DNA of 64,000 nt, taken from NCBI GenBank assembly GCA_036867785.1, contig CP145425.1, forward strand, positions 124,001-188,000, read 5' to 3'. How positions within the stretch are numbered: the first letter of the stretch is position 1; every line of letters begins with the position of its first letter. This DNA is from Plasmodiophora brassicae (Eukaryota). The notes beneath the pieces were generated by a model. It had not been told where the DNA came from. It searched no databases and saw only the letters and a list, made by a program, of their open reading frames with translations. Shown here one piece after another: positions 48,076-58,296 of the stretch. Made by a program: the position numbers and the translations under genes.

Positions 48076-48681
48076 CTAACGGCCAGTGACGGATTCCTTC
48101 AGGTTGGACATCTTCTCGGAGATGGATTCCTTGGCGCCCTGGATGGTGCTGGATACCTTCTCGCCAGCCTCTCCGAGCTTCTGCTGCGTCGTTTCTTTGG
48201 CGCTCTGCAGCTTCCCCTTGCTGTTGTCGGCAGCGTCCTTCGTTTGCCACTTGGCCGACTCGGACGACTCCTTCAGCTTGTCGCCGGCTTGCTGCATATT
48301 GTCGCGTGCTTGTTCGCCGAGCTCCTCGGTGCGGTCCTGGGCCGATTCTTTGGTGCCACGCAGCGACTGGCGGGCCTGGCCAGCCTTCTCATGCATGGAC
48401 TCCTTCATTTGCTGCGCCTTCTCATTTGCCTCGTGGCCTAGGTCTCCGGCACGCTCCTTGACGCCCTCCTTCATGTCGCGCATCTTGTCGCTCAGGGACT
48501 CGCCTCGCTCCTGCGCCGCCTGCTTCGTCTGCTCGGCCTTCTCGCCCAGGCGTCCCTTCTGCTCATAGGCCTCCTCCTTCGTCTGTTCCTTCAGGATGCC
48601 GACCTGCTCGCCCGCCTTCCTGGCGGTCTCGCTGATCTTGTCCTTGCCCTCGCCAACCTTCTGCTTGATGGTGTCGAACAT
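48076..48681 (-). CDS. LEA group 3-like hydrophilin (201 aa)
   Basis: Rich in K/E/Q/A with no Cys, and roughly 11-mer amphipathic repeats (AKETTQQKLGE, AKESISEKMSN). Confidence 0.8.
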   Translation of the reverse strand: MFDTIKQKVGEGKDKISETARKAGEQVGILKEQTKEEAYEQKGRLGEKAEQTKQAAQERGESLSDKMRDMKEGVKERAGDLGHEANEKAQQMKESMHEKAGQARQSLRGTKESAQDRTEELGEQARDNMQQAGDKLKESSESAKWQTKDAADNSKGKLQSAKETTQQKLGEAGEKVSSTIQGAKESISEKMSNLKESVTGR

Positions 48682-49016
48682 GTTGTCTCAATCACACAAA
48701 TTGATGAATGCCGGCCAGCCGTCGACCTAGACCGATGGAGCACCAGGCGCGCACCTTTCCCTGCCGGTTTCCGACCCGAACAAGTGCCGCCCCGGCGCCT
48801 TCGCCTATTTCTGTCCGCTGACAACACCGACCGACCCGGGGAACTTTCCGAAGGACCCCGAGCCGCACACGTTGCCAGCGTGGGTCCGGAACCTTCCGGA
48901 CGGCCCCGGGCCGGTTCGCAAGCGGCGCCTGCGAGACCGGGGGTCCGATGCTCGCGGATCGCTGAAGGGTACCCGAATCTTGATCATCGATCGCGTCTGT
49001 CGCCCCGTTGCAGGGC

Positions 49017-49529
49017 ATGTTCACAGCCTGGCCCCCGCACCATGACCAGGTCGGGCGGTCTGCCAACTCGCCTCGCCGAACGGGATCGTCGGCGCGCCGA
49101 CCGACGTCCACAACCCGGCGACGTTCGTCGTCGGGCCCGTCTACCCCCGAGAAGCCGCCCAGGCTCGTGAGGAAGCCACTGCCGGAGGCCGAGGCGTGCC
49201 GTGTCGAGTACCTGTGCCGGCCCCGTACGAAACATTTGTCGAAGAAGGGCACGGCCGGCACGCTGGCGAACGCGTGGGTCGTCATGCGCGCCGTATCGTC
49301 CGGCAAGGACATCCTCGGCAAGATCGACCAACGTCTGCTCATATCGCAGATGTCCACGCCCAACAACGACGGCGGCGTCGACGCGACCGCCGACCGGAAA
49401 GCGTCCAGCGAGGCGATGCGCGCCAGCCGTGACCGCTCGCGTCAAACGACCCGTCGGCGCCTCCAGCAGGTCTCCACCCCACCGGTCCAGTACGCGCGCA
49501 TGATCTACCCTGGACGCTCGCGCCGTTAG
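49017..49529 (+). CDS. Uncharacterised basic protein (5' structure uncertain)
   Basis: Open frame with protein-like RVEYLCRPRTKHL..NAWVVMRAVSSGKDILGKIDQRLL. Confidence 0.35.
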   Translation: MFTAWPPHHDQVGRSANSPRRTGSSARRPTSTTRRRSSSGPSTPEKPPRLVRKPLPEAEACRVEYLCRPRTKHLSKKGTAGTLANAWVVMRAVSSGKDILGKIDQRLLISQMSTPNNDGGVDATADRKASSEAMRASRDRSRQTTRRRLQQVSTPPVQYARMIYPGRSRR

Positions 49530-49993
49530 CAGTACACAGTACACACACACATGCCCATGCGGTACTGCAATAACAGAACGATTAGGGCGCGGCTTCCGTA
49601 CAGTTGCAGTCGTGACTCGTGACGTGCCGTTACAGCCAGTCCGTCCCCCGTGCAGTTTCCATTCGGCGCCGACGTGGACAGAGTACGTAGCCTGCTAGCC
49701 GCGACGGGGCCGGGCAGTGTGTACTGTGTGTAGCTTCGGCAGTCGTCGACAGTCCGCGACTGCAGTTGGTCCGGGCATCGCTGCGCGGCGGTCTGTGAAT
49801 CGCGGCCGGCAGCAGCATCCGTCCCGTGCCCGGTTGCGATAGATACGTGGCGATATCTTTGTCGTGTCACGTGCCACGTGATACACCTAGACCGGCGTCG
49901 CTGGCGACATGGAGAATGGAAGGTCAGGCGAGTGCGGGGGGTCGCATCGCCGCGACGTCCATATCTGAGTTTCGATCCAGGGCAACGGAGCCC

Positions 49994-52453
49994 ATGGAGA
50001 CGCGCCTGCGATCGAGGGTCATTGCGTTCGTCGCTCGTTGGCCGAGCCGGTTGCATGCGTGATACTCACTGATGTGGGCCAGATACTACAACATGCTGCA
50101 TTCGGGCTGTGGGAACGCGGGCTGCACGAACGCGAACTGTGCCAGCAATCCTGGTCAGCTGCTGACTTTGTCGAACGCTGCTGCGCTTTGTGGCTGATTG
50201 TCGATCGTGCAGCGTTCTCTGCTTTGTCCAGCCAAGCCGCCCTTCAACGCGCCATTGAGCTGGTCAAGGAAGACGCTCCTCTGTGTCGCGTTGGATCGCC
50301 AACAGACCCTTCTGGTCAACACCTTATGCAACGGTGTCTTACACCGACGATTGAATCGTTCGTACAGGACTCATTGCGCTCGTCGAATCATCACCTGTTG
50401 CCGTTGTTAAGGCACACGTTCAGCAGGTGCTGGCGCCCGTGTTTTCGAAGGCCAACCTGTAAACAGTCGTTGTGTCCAGGTGTTTGCCAATTCGAGGACG
50501 ATCTGCGAATCGTTCCCGAGGGCGACAGAGGCCCTGGGCCCAGTTGTCGCCACGTTCTCGGCGCTGCAATCGTTGAACGACGCATCGGTCACCGAGGCGT
50601 TACTGCAGCGACTGCAACGAATCGGGTCGCTGACGGCCGACAGAATTGATAACGGCACGCTGCTGGCCATCTACATTGTCCTGCAGAACGAGATGTTTCT
50701 CGACCCAAGCAGTCACAGCGTTCTGCGAACGCTGTTCGACGCGTTGCATACAGTGACGCGTGCCCAGCGGGAACAGCTCGAGAGATGGATGTCGCAGACG
50801 TCGGCATCTGACATCGGTCGCATGGTCGCCATCGTGCAGACATTCATCTCAGTCAAGTGGGCGCTGGGCCCGCGTATGGACGAGATCGGTCCTGCGGCAC
50901 GCTTCCTGGGCATCGTCTACAGCGCAAACGTTCATATGGGGGAACCGGTACCCTACACGGAATTCCACAATGAGCTCGTCAATGCCGGTTCGTCCGCCTC
51001 GCAGCTAGAGAACAGTAAGCGTGCGATTGATTCCTTGTGTCGACAGAGCTGGACGTCAAGCAGGACTTCATTGACTGGCACGAATCCGACGGGTTCTGCT
51101 TTTCAAGATCGCCGTACTTACTGAACGCGGCAACGAAATCGAGCCTGATGCAATTCGACGCCATGCTGCAGATGCGCGATCAGCTGGACGAAGCGCTGAT
51201 GCGGTATCTGTTCCATCATTCGATGGACGGGCCTGCGCCGTTCCTCATCCTGCAGGTGCGCCGGAGCGATCTGGTCGCCGACACGCTGCACCAGATCCAG
51301 GGCAGGAACAGCGACGACTTCAAGAAACCGCTCAAGGTGAAGTTCATCGGCGAGGACGGCATCGACGAAGGCGGGATCCAGAAGGAGTTCTTCCAGCTGC
51401 TCGTCAAGCAGCTGTTCAACCCGGCCTACGGCATGTTCATCGTCGACGACGAGACGCACACGTACTGGTTCAACAAGGACAGTTTCGAGTCGAAGCACGA
51501 ATACGAGCTTATCGGTAGTACCAGCGCTGTCGTGCGGACCATCGCATGGGCACTGATTTGACATTAGGTGCCATGCTCGGCCTGGCGATCTACAACAGCG
51601 TTATCCTGGATCTGCATTTCCCGCTCTGCGTCTACAAGAAGCTTCTAAACTCGCCCGTATCGTTCGACGACCTTCGGTCATTCAACCCGTCTTTGCATAG
51701 AGGGCTCCAACAACTTCGCGATTTCGACGGTGTGTGGGGTACCGTTCTTGTCGCATCGCCCGCTCCCTGACGACGAACCTTGCAGGTGATGTCGAATCCG
51801 TGTTCTGCCTGACCTTCTCCATCGAGTACAGCCTGTTTGGCGAGGTGAAGCGCGTCGAGCTCTGCCCTAACGGGCAGAACATCCCCGTCACGAAAGAGAA
51901 CCGGGAACGGTACGTCGAGCTGTTCACAGAGTACACGCTCAACACCAGCATCGAAACGCAGTTCTCCGCGTTCAAATACGGGTAACCGCGTCGCCGCCTG
52001 GGAACGGGCCGTTCGTTCTGATTGGGGAATAGGTTCGAGATGGTTTGCGGTGGCGCCTGGTTGCACCTGTTCCGACCTGAAGAGCTCGAGCTGGCGATTT
52101 GCGGCTCGCCCGAACTGGACTTCCATGCCCTGGAGGCGGCGGCCAAGTACGAAAACTACACGAGGGACAGCCCCGTGATCGTCAACTTCTGGAAGGTGGT
52201 CCACGAGATGACCGAGGAGCAGAAGCGGCGATTCCTGTCGTTCTGCACGGGCAGCGACCGCGTCCCGATCAACGGTCTTGGTAGCCTGCGTGTCCCGTTC
52301 ATTATCGCGCGGAACGGTGGCGACTCGGATCGCCTCCCGACATCGCACACGTGTTTCAACCACCTCCTATTACCCGCGTATTCTACGCTGGGCAAGCTTC
52401 GCGAGCGCCTTCTGACCGCCATCCAGAACTCGGAAGGGTTCGGCCTGATGTAG
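49994..52453 (+). CDS. UBE3A: HECT E3 ubiquitin ligase, UBE3A/E6AP-like with an N-terminal AZUL zinc finger (start approximate)
   Basis: [22 protein letters not shown] (AZUL), [28 protein letters not shown], and [16 protein letters not shown]. Confidence 0.93.
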
Positions 52454-52670
52454 CGCACTCCCTACCCAGCGTCATACTGTTCCAAAGAACGCTGTTCATA
52501 GATAAACTCACCCACATAGCTAGTCCAGCCCCGATGGCGACGATTACGTGTCGAACAGGCGCGCGTTCAGGGTTTGTACTCGCTAATGAAAACGGCTGCA
52601 CTTCAACGAGGGCGGACAATCTATCAGTTCACGTACCTGTTTGGGTTGGGAACGCAATGGATCGGATCAT

Positions 52671-52755
52671 GCCTGCGTGGCTCAGTTGGTAGTAGCGTAG
52701 GTCTCATATCCAATGAGTTATCCTGAGGTCGCAAGTTCGAGCCTTGCCGCAGGCA
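52671..52755 (+). tRNA. trnM: tRNA-Met(CAT), elongator type, with an 11-nt intron at 52709-52719
   Basis: Acceptor stem GCCTGCG/CGCAGGC, D-arm GCTCAGTTGGTAGTAGC, anticodon CAT at 52705-52707 and T-arm GCAAG-TTCGAGC-CTTGC. Confidence 0.95.
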
Positions 52756-52757
52756 TC

Positions 52758-52765
52758 TTTTTTTT
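52758..52765 (+). terminator. RNA polymerase III oligo-T terminator
   Basis: T8 run directly after the tRNA 3' end. Confidence 0.8.
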
Positions 52766-52877
52766 GGCGCAGGCCGGGCAGAGCCACCGTTGCCCGCTTC
52801 GCCACTGAATTCAGAACTTGGCGGCAGATGCTGGGCTCAATGACGCTATCCCTGCCTGTCGTCGCCAAGACGCTCAA

Positions 52878-53035
52878 TGAGCTTATCCTCCAGGCGATCC
52901 GTTGCGACAATCGCCTCGCAGAACATCGATCGAAACGGGAGGGGCGGACGGTGCTGCGACGACGACGGGAACGCGGCCGTCGATCGATGTTCTGCGAGGC
53001 GATTGTCGCAACGAATAGCCTGGAGGACAATCTCA
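52878..53035. repeat. Long hairpin: perfect 34-bp stem extending imperfectly to about 56 bp, 46-nt loop
   Basis: 52900-52933 (CGTTGCGACAATCGCCTCGCAGAACATCGATCGA) is the exact reverse complement of 52980-53013. Confidence 0.95.
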
Positions 53036-53080
53036 GAGCAACGCTACAGCTTTGGCGTTCAGATGGCGCATTGGGATATT

Positions 53081-54774
53081 TTAATATTGTGTTACACTCC
53101 CAAGATGTAGGGCAGACTCGCACGTTCCGACGCGTTTCGACAGTAATTGCAAAGACGCCAGAGCGTTGGCAAGTGCCTTCTCGAGCGTTGCCACGCGGGA
53201 CTCCAGTTCGGACGGCTGCGTCGATGGTGGTGGAACAGATGCATCTTCGTGTTCTACTGTCTGGACCTCACAGGTCGTTTGCTGAACGTTTCGAAGGGCT
53301 TTCACTCTGTACAAGAATTGTCAAAGTAACGGACCATCAGTACCAGACGATTCCTAACCGTTCCATGCAGCTCCTGAATACGACCCGAAGACGCCTCCGG
53401 CGCCAATGACTCTGGATAACGGTCGCTGCGACCCCTCTAACTGTCCACCTTGTGCTGGAAGACAGCTTTTGGACGTCAGGAAGGCCGGCTGAAAGCCTGG
53501 CACTGGTTAACCTGCAGAGCAAACATCAACGGCGGGAGCCAACAGTTGGTTGAGATCACGTACCTCAGGTTCGCTAAACATTCTGACAGCATATTGTCGA
53601 CATCGTCATCACCAGATGCAGGTCCGTCTGCAAACACGAATTGGGATGACGAACGCACGTCGAGATTGTCACTGCCAGGCTGCAGTATTGTACACACACG
53701 GCCTGCATCCTTCTTGTCGGTATTCTCAACCGGGGCGACAGAACGCAAGTAGCGCGTCAGTTCGTCCTCGTATCCGCCGTTTAGCAGGTTCAGCAGGTCG
53801 AGGGACAGTTCTAGCGAGGGACCTTCGCAGAACAGCACCCTGCTCTGACTCCTGCAGCACAATACTGTCAACGTGAACAACAGGCTGACGATGACGAGTG
53901 CTTACAGCTCGTTTTGACTAGGAGGGCGCTCGTCGATTGTCTCTATAAATGGTAGAACGAAGCAGATAAACGCTCTGTAGCTGTAGCCATCTCTGTACGC
54001 TGTAATGATGAACGGATTGTCATCTGCAGAAACTTCAATTGCGAGCAGATGCGACGAACCTGCATCTTACCGCACGACAGGGAACGAAGCTCGTCGAGGC
54101 CACTGAGGAACGTGAACGATTGCAGGCTGGCCAAGGCATTGCTGGACAAGCTTAGCCACCGTAACGACGCACGTGGCAACAAGTCAGAGGCGTCTTGCAA
54201 CGACGATATGAAGTTAGCCGTCAAATCGAGAACCTGCCAGGGTTGGCGTCAGCGGGGCACAAATGCGATATACGATGCCAGCCAATCACGGCATAGACCA
54301 CCTCAAGGTTTTCATTCTTTGTCAGATCGCTGATCGATTCGATCTCGTTATTCGCCAGATTCAGTACACGAAGATGACGAAGCGAAGACAGGTTATCGAT
54401 GTCGCGAATAACATTATTCGACAGATTCAGCTCCTGCAGGTGAACCGAACCCTCCAGCCCTGCCACATGACAGCATCAGGAACGCATCGACCAATGAATA
54501 CACAACCGCTAACCATGAATATTCGATATCGCGTTATAGGACAGATCGAGAACTCTCAGTCTTGATAGTAATGCAAAGGGGCTGCCCGCCAGCGACGATA
54601 TGCCGTTATCGAACAGATGCAACACTTCCAGCGTATGCCCAAACTCAACAGGAAACGGATCGACCCGCGAAATCGAATTCTTGCCTGCAGATCGAAAACC
54701 TCAGCCGGGCGAACATGTTATGGGCGAGGACCCGCACCGAGATCGAGCTCGACGACGTCGGCGTCACCGACCAT
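53081..54774 (-). CDS. Leucine-rich-repeat protein with an IQ motif and coiled coil, CEP97-like
   Basis: SDS22-type LRRs (LEVLHLFDNGI, LRVLDLSYNAI, LQELNLSNNVI, LRVLNLANNEI), AATVIQSHWR and SELESRVATLEKAL. Confidence 0.75.
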
Positions 54775-55109
54775 ATTGGCCGCCGCATCTACGGATGTGA
54801 TCCCGCGTCCTAATCATCAACAGTCGGGCCCCCGTTCTGTAAACAATCAAAGCGGCGCCCGCTCACCAGCCAGCTGAAGTCGGTGGTGACCGCCCGCGCG
54901 TCCCTCCGGCTCCTGCGCCGTCATGTCATTTGCCCGCCGCCAAATGTCGCGCTCGACAAAAATAGCCACCGAATGCAACAGGGACCGCCCGATTCCGACG
55001 ACTGCAGATCTCATCGTCGTGACGCACTGGGGACCCACTGCAGCTTCTGAGTCACGGGGCGCCGGCAGCTGCAGCTCTCGCTGAGCGAATACGTTACGGG
55101 CGCTGTATA

Positions 55110-57776
55110 TTACCAGAAGCCGCCACAGGAGCAGCGGCCGTCCTGGAAGTGGTGGTGACAGTCGGCGTCGCGAACGAAGACGTCGCGCTTGAAGATGTAC
55201 GAGACACGCCGGACGGCGTCGTGGCAGTCGGAGCAGAGCGACTGGTTGACGGTGATGCGCACAGGCGCACCCGGGCGCAACGTCGTTAACGCGTACGACA
55301 CCGCCAGCTTGACGCTGTGCCTGTACACAGCGGGACGTGCGAAGTCGCTGCTCGCGGGCGTGTACCCATCATCAAGCAGCGCCTGCATCACAACGTCGTG
55401 CTGTTCGACCAGACCCGGATCGTACTGGCATCGTTCGTCGTCCGAGAAGAAATGGTGAGGGCGATCCGACAATTGCAGCGACGTCCGGCACGGCATCTTC
55501 GATACGCCTCTGCCTTTCACCGTGTTCCGCACGCGTGCCATGTCCTCGTACTGCCCAGCAGCGGCGTGAATATCGGCCATCAGCAGGTACGCGTTCGAGA
55601 TCAACGCCACTGGGGCGTTACTCGCACTGATCATGGCGAAGACGCGTTCGGCGCGCGCGACATCTCGATGTGCCCGGCAGGCACGCAGCAGGGCCATCGA
55701 CGATGGTGCTAGGCGCTCCGCCTCATCCAGGTCGCCGACTCGGCCGTGCACAGCGGCAAGACACGCGATATGATCGCCATTCATCGCGACTCGCCAGACA
55801 TCACCGAATTCAGCAACGAGGTCCTTGGCGCGTTCCGGGTCCCTGCAACCTGATAGAAGCGCCGTTAACGTTCCCGCATCAGGTCGCCATGTCCCAGACG
55901 CTTTCATGCGCTCATAAGTCGCTAACGCCAGATCCAGCGCCCCATAGCGGGAATAGGCGGCGATCATGGCGTTAACGAGCGTGATGCCGGCGGTCGCGAT
56001 ACGGCGTTCGAAGAGCTGTTCGGCGGCGTCGAGGCGCCAGCAATGCGCGTAGGCGGACACGAATGCGCGCGCGATCGTGTCGTCCTGCAGAAGCAATTCG
56101 TTCTGGGACAGGCGTTGCAGCGTGGCGATCTCAGAGGAGCGACCGCAGGCGGCCACCAGGCTGGTGAACACGGCAGCGTCGCGCTCGACCGCATCGGTGA
56201 AGAACGACATGGCGGTCGGCACCTCGTCGATCTTGGCAAGGGCGGCAACCAGGTCGGACAGCACGGCCGGGTCCAGATCCAGGCTGGCCTGACGCAGGTT
56301 GCCCACGACGGTAAGCGCGTCAGCGACTCGCCAACGGTACCCGTAGGCGGCGATCATGGCGACGAACGCGCTAGCAGGCGGTTTCGTCATGCTTTGGAAC
56401 ACGGTCTCAGCAGCGGCCAGGTCGCCACATTGATCGTAGGCGGAGATCAGGGCGCTGGCGACAGCGTTGTTGTTCGCGTACTTGTGCAGGTTCTTGACGG
56501 CGGGAAGGTCCTGGCACCGAGCCGAGGCCGTGAGCAGGTGAACCAGGACGGACGGGTGCACAGACACGCCTCGCGACACCATGTCGTTGAACAGGTGCAC
56601 CGCCCGAGGCACCGCGTTCGCCTTGGCCAGGACCGACAGGATCGTCGTGTACAGCCGATCCGACGGGGTGACGTTCGCGTTGTCGAACAGGCCGATCGCC
56701 TTGTCCAGCAGGCCGTGCCGGGCGTACCCGGCGACCATGACGTTGACCAGCGGGGCGTCGGGCGTGTCGACCCCGGCGAAGACGCGCTCGGCAGACGGAA
56801 GGTCGCCACACCTCTCGAACGCGGACACGAGTGAGCACGCGATCACGACGTCGCCGACGATCGCGCTTCGCGTCGCGTAGTCGTGCAGGACCCGGATGGA
56901 CGGCAGGTCGTCAGCGCGGGCGCACGCGCCGATCAGCAACGTGATCACGGGGACGCCCGGGGCGACGTTCCGTTCGATCATCCTCCGGAACATGGATATG
57001 GCCTGTTGCACGCGATCGGCCTTGGCAAGGGCGGACAGGACGTGCGTGTAGATGTGAACGGACGGTGGCATGGTGCCGTCGACCAGGTCGACGACGTCGA
57101 CGGCGTCGTCGATGCGGTTCTGCGCCAGGAACGCCTTGATCAGGTTGCCGTACGCCTGCGGGACCGGATGCGATGGGACACGCCCCGAGCGGATCAATGC
57201 CAGGAGGTGGGCGGCCGCGTTGGCCGATCTGGATTCGGCGCAGCAGACGGCGAAGACGGTCAGGAGGCGGTCGGTGAACTCGACGTTGTGGGTGACGGCG
57301 TCGGCGATGAGCGGCAGGGCGGCCTGAGGGGCGTGTGCCAGCCGCGCGAGGTCCACCATGCCGAGGATGACGTTGTGGGTGCGCGGGGCGCATCGCTGGT
57401 ACATGTCGAACGCGGGGCGGGTCAGCGGCGGCGTTGCCGATTGGCACGAGCCGAGGAACGTGCAGAACAAGCCTTCGCAGACGGGGATCCCGCGGGACAG
57501 CGCCGCGTCGAGCACGTCGGGCGCTTTCGCCGGCAGGCGACGTTTGCAGAACGACAGCATGACTTGGAACAGGCGGACGTCGGCAGGCGTTCCCGACCGG
57601 ACCACGTCCTGGAACATGGTCCAGCCGCGGTCCGGGTCGCGTTCCCGTTTCAGGTCGCGGACGACCTTCGGCACCGACGGTCCCTGCCCGAACATGGCGT
57701 CGAGCCCGGCCTGCGTCGCATAGCGGACGCGCCGCGCGACATGACGGTCCAGGGCGCGCCGCACAGCCGACCGCAT
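55110..57776 (-). CDS. PLS-like pentatricopeptide repeat protein with E and DYW-type C-terminal domains (888 aa, intronless)
   Basis: Arg-rich presequence and many PPR motifs of mixed length (SLVSAFERCGDLPSAERVFAG; NVMVAGYARHG). E-domain AYLLMADIHAAAG, then HSVKLA..CSDCH..VRD..HHF.DGRCSCGGFW*. Confidence 0.95.
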   Translation of the reverse strand: MRSAVRRALDRHVARRVRYATQAGLDAMFGQGPSVPKVVRDLKRERDPDRGWTMFQDVVRSGTPADVRLFQVMLSFCKRRLPAKAPDVLDAALSRGIPVCEGLFCTFLGSCQSATPPLTRPAFDMYQRCAPRTHNVILGMVDLARLAHAPQAALPLIADAVTHNVEFTDRLLTVFAVCCAESRSANAAAHLLALIRSGRVPSHPVPQAYGNLIKAFLAQNRIDDAVDVVDLVDGTMPPSVHIYTHVLSALAKADRVQQAISMFRRMIERNVAPGVPVITLLIGACARADDLPSIRVLHDYATRSAIVGDVVIACSLVSAFERCGDLPSAERVFAGVDTPDAPLVNVMVAGYARHGLLDKAIGLFDNANVTPSDRLYTTILSVLAKANAVPRAVHLFNDMVSRGVSVHPSVLVHLLTASARCQDLPAVKNLHKYANNNAVASALISAYDQCGDLAAAETVFQSMTKPPASAFVAMIAAYGYRWRVADALTVVGNLRQASLDLDPAVLSDLVAALAKIDEVPTAMSFFTDAVERDAAVFTSLVAACGRSSEIATLQRLSQNELLLQDDTIARAFVSAYAHCWRLDAAEQLFERRIATAGITLVNAMIAAYSRYGALDLALATYERMKASGTWRPDAGTLTALLSGCRDPERAKDLVAEFGDVWRVAMNGDHIACLAAVHGRVGDLDEAERLAPSSMALLRACRAHRDVARAERVFAMISASNAPVALISNAYLLMADIHAAAGQYEDMARVRNTVKGRGVSKMPCRTSLQLSDRPHHFFSDDERCQYDPGLVEQHDVVMQALLDDGYTPASSDFARPAVYRHSVKLAVSYALTTLRPGAPVRITVNQSLCSDCHDAVRRVSYIFKRDVFVRDADCHHHFQDGRCSCGGFW

Positions 57777-58296
57777 CGCTCGACGACGACCCGCAACTGC
57801 TCAGCGCAGACGCCGACAATAATAGGGCGGCACACTGTTAGGGATGTCTGCGAGCGCATGATGAGCATGCGCCGGTTGGCGTCGAAGTGGTGCACTCCGG
57901 ATTGCGGGGATGCGCCTGTGGTTTAGAGCATCTCCACCGGTGCTCTAGATTCCAGATTTGGTGTAACTTGGGGGTTCTCCCAGCGGTGTAAACGGGAGAG
58001 GTGTCGGCGCCTTGGCGCATGGAGTCATCTGACGAGTCTGACGAGTTCCCGCTGCCGTCGAGCGACGACGATTACGACGATATGAGTGCGTAATCTTGTC
58101 ATACGCTAACCACCTCAAGATCCACCCTCGAAGCCAATGCCGGTGGTTCGTGCGAGATTCCGTCACGAGGGCACCCGATTTAGAGTGAGGTACCCCTTTT
58201 TAACTGCGTGGAGATGGCCTCCTTCCAGCCAGTCGTCGTTTCGTCTCTGACGCCGTCCCCGTTGGGCACCTGATCGGTCGCCGTCAAGAAACCTGC

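Noticed and set aside
52704-53409. ORFs on both strands sharing VATIASQNIDR
   Set aside because: This is an artefact of the DNA hairpin. The ORFs overlap the tRNA and the LRR gene end.
55964-57926. Multiple long overlapping ORFs around the PPR gene
   Set aside because: They are GC-rich antisense and alternate-frame shadows with no motifs.
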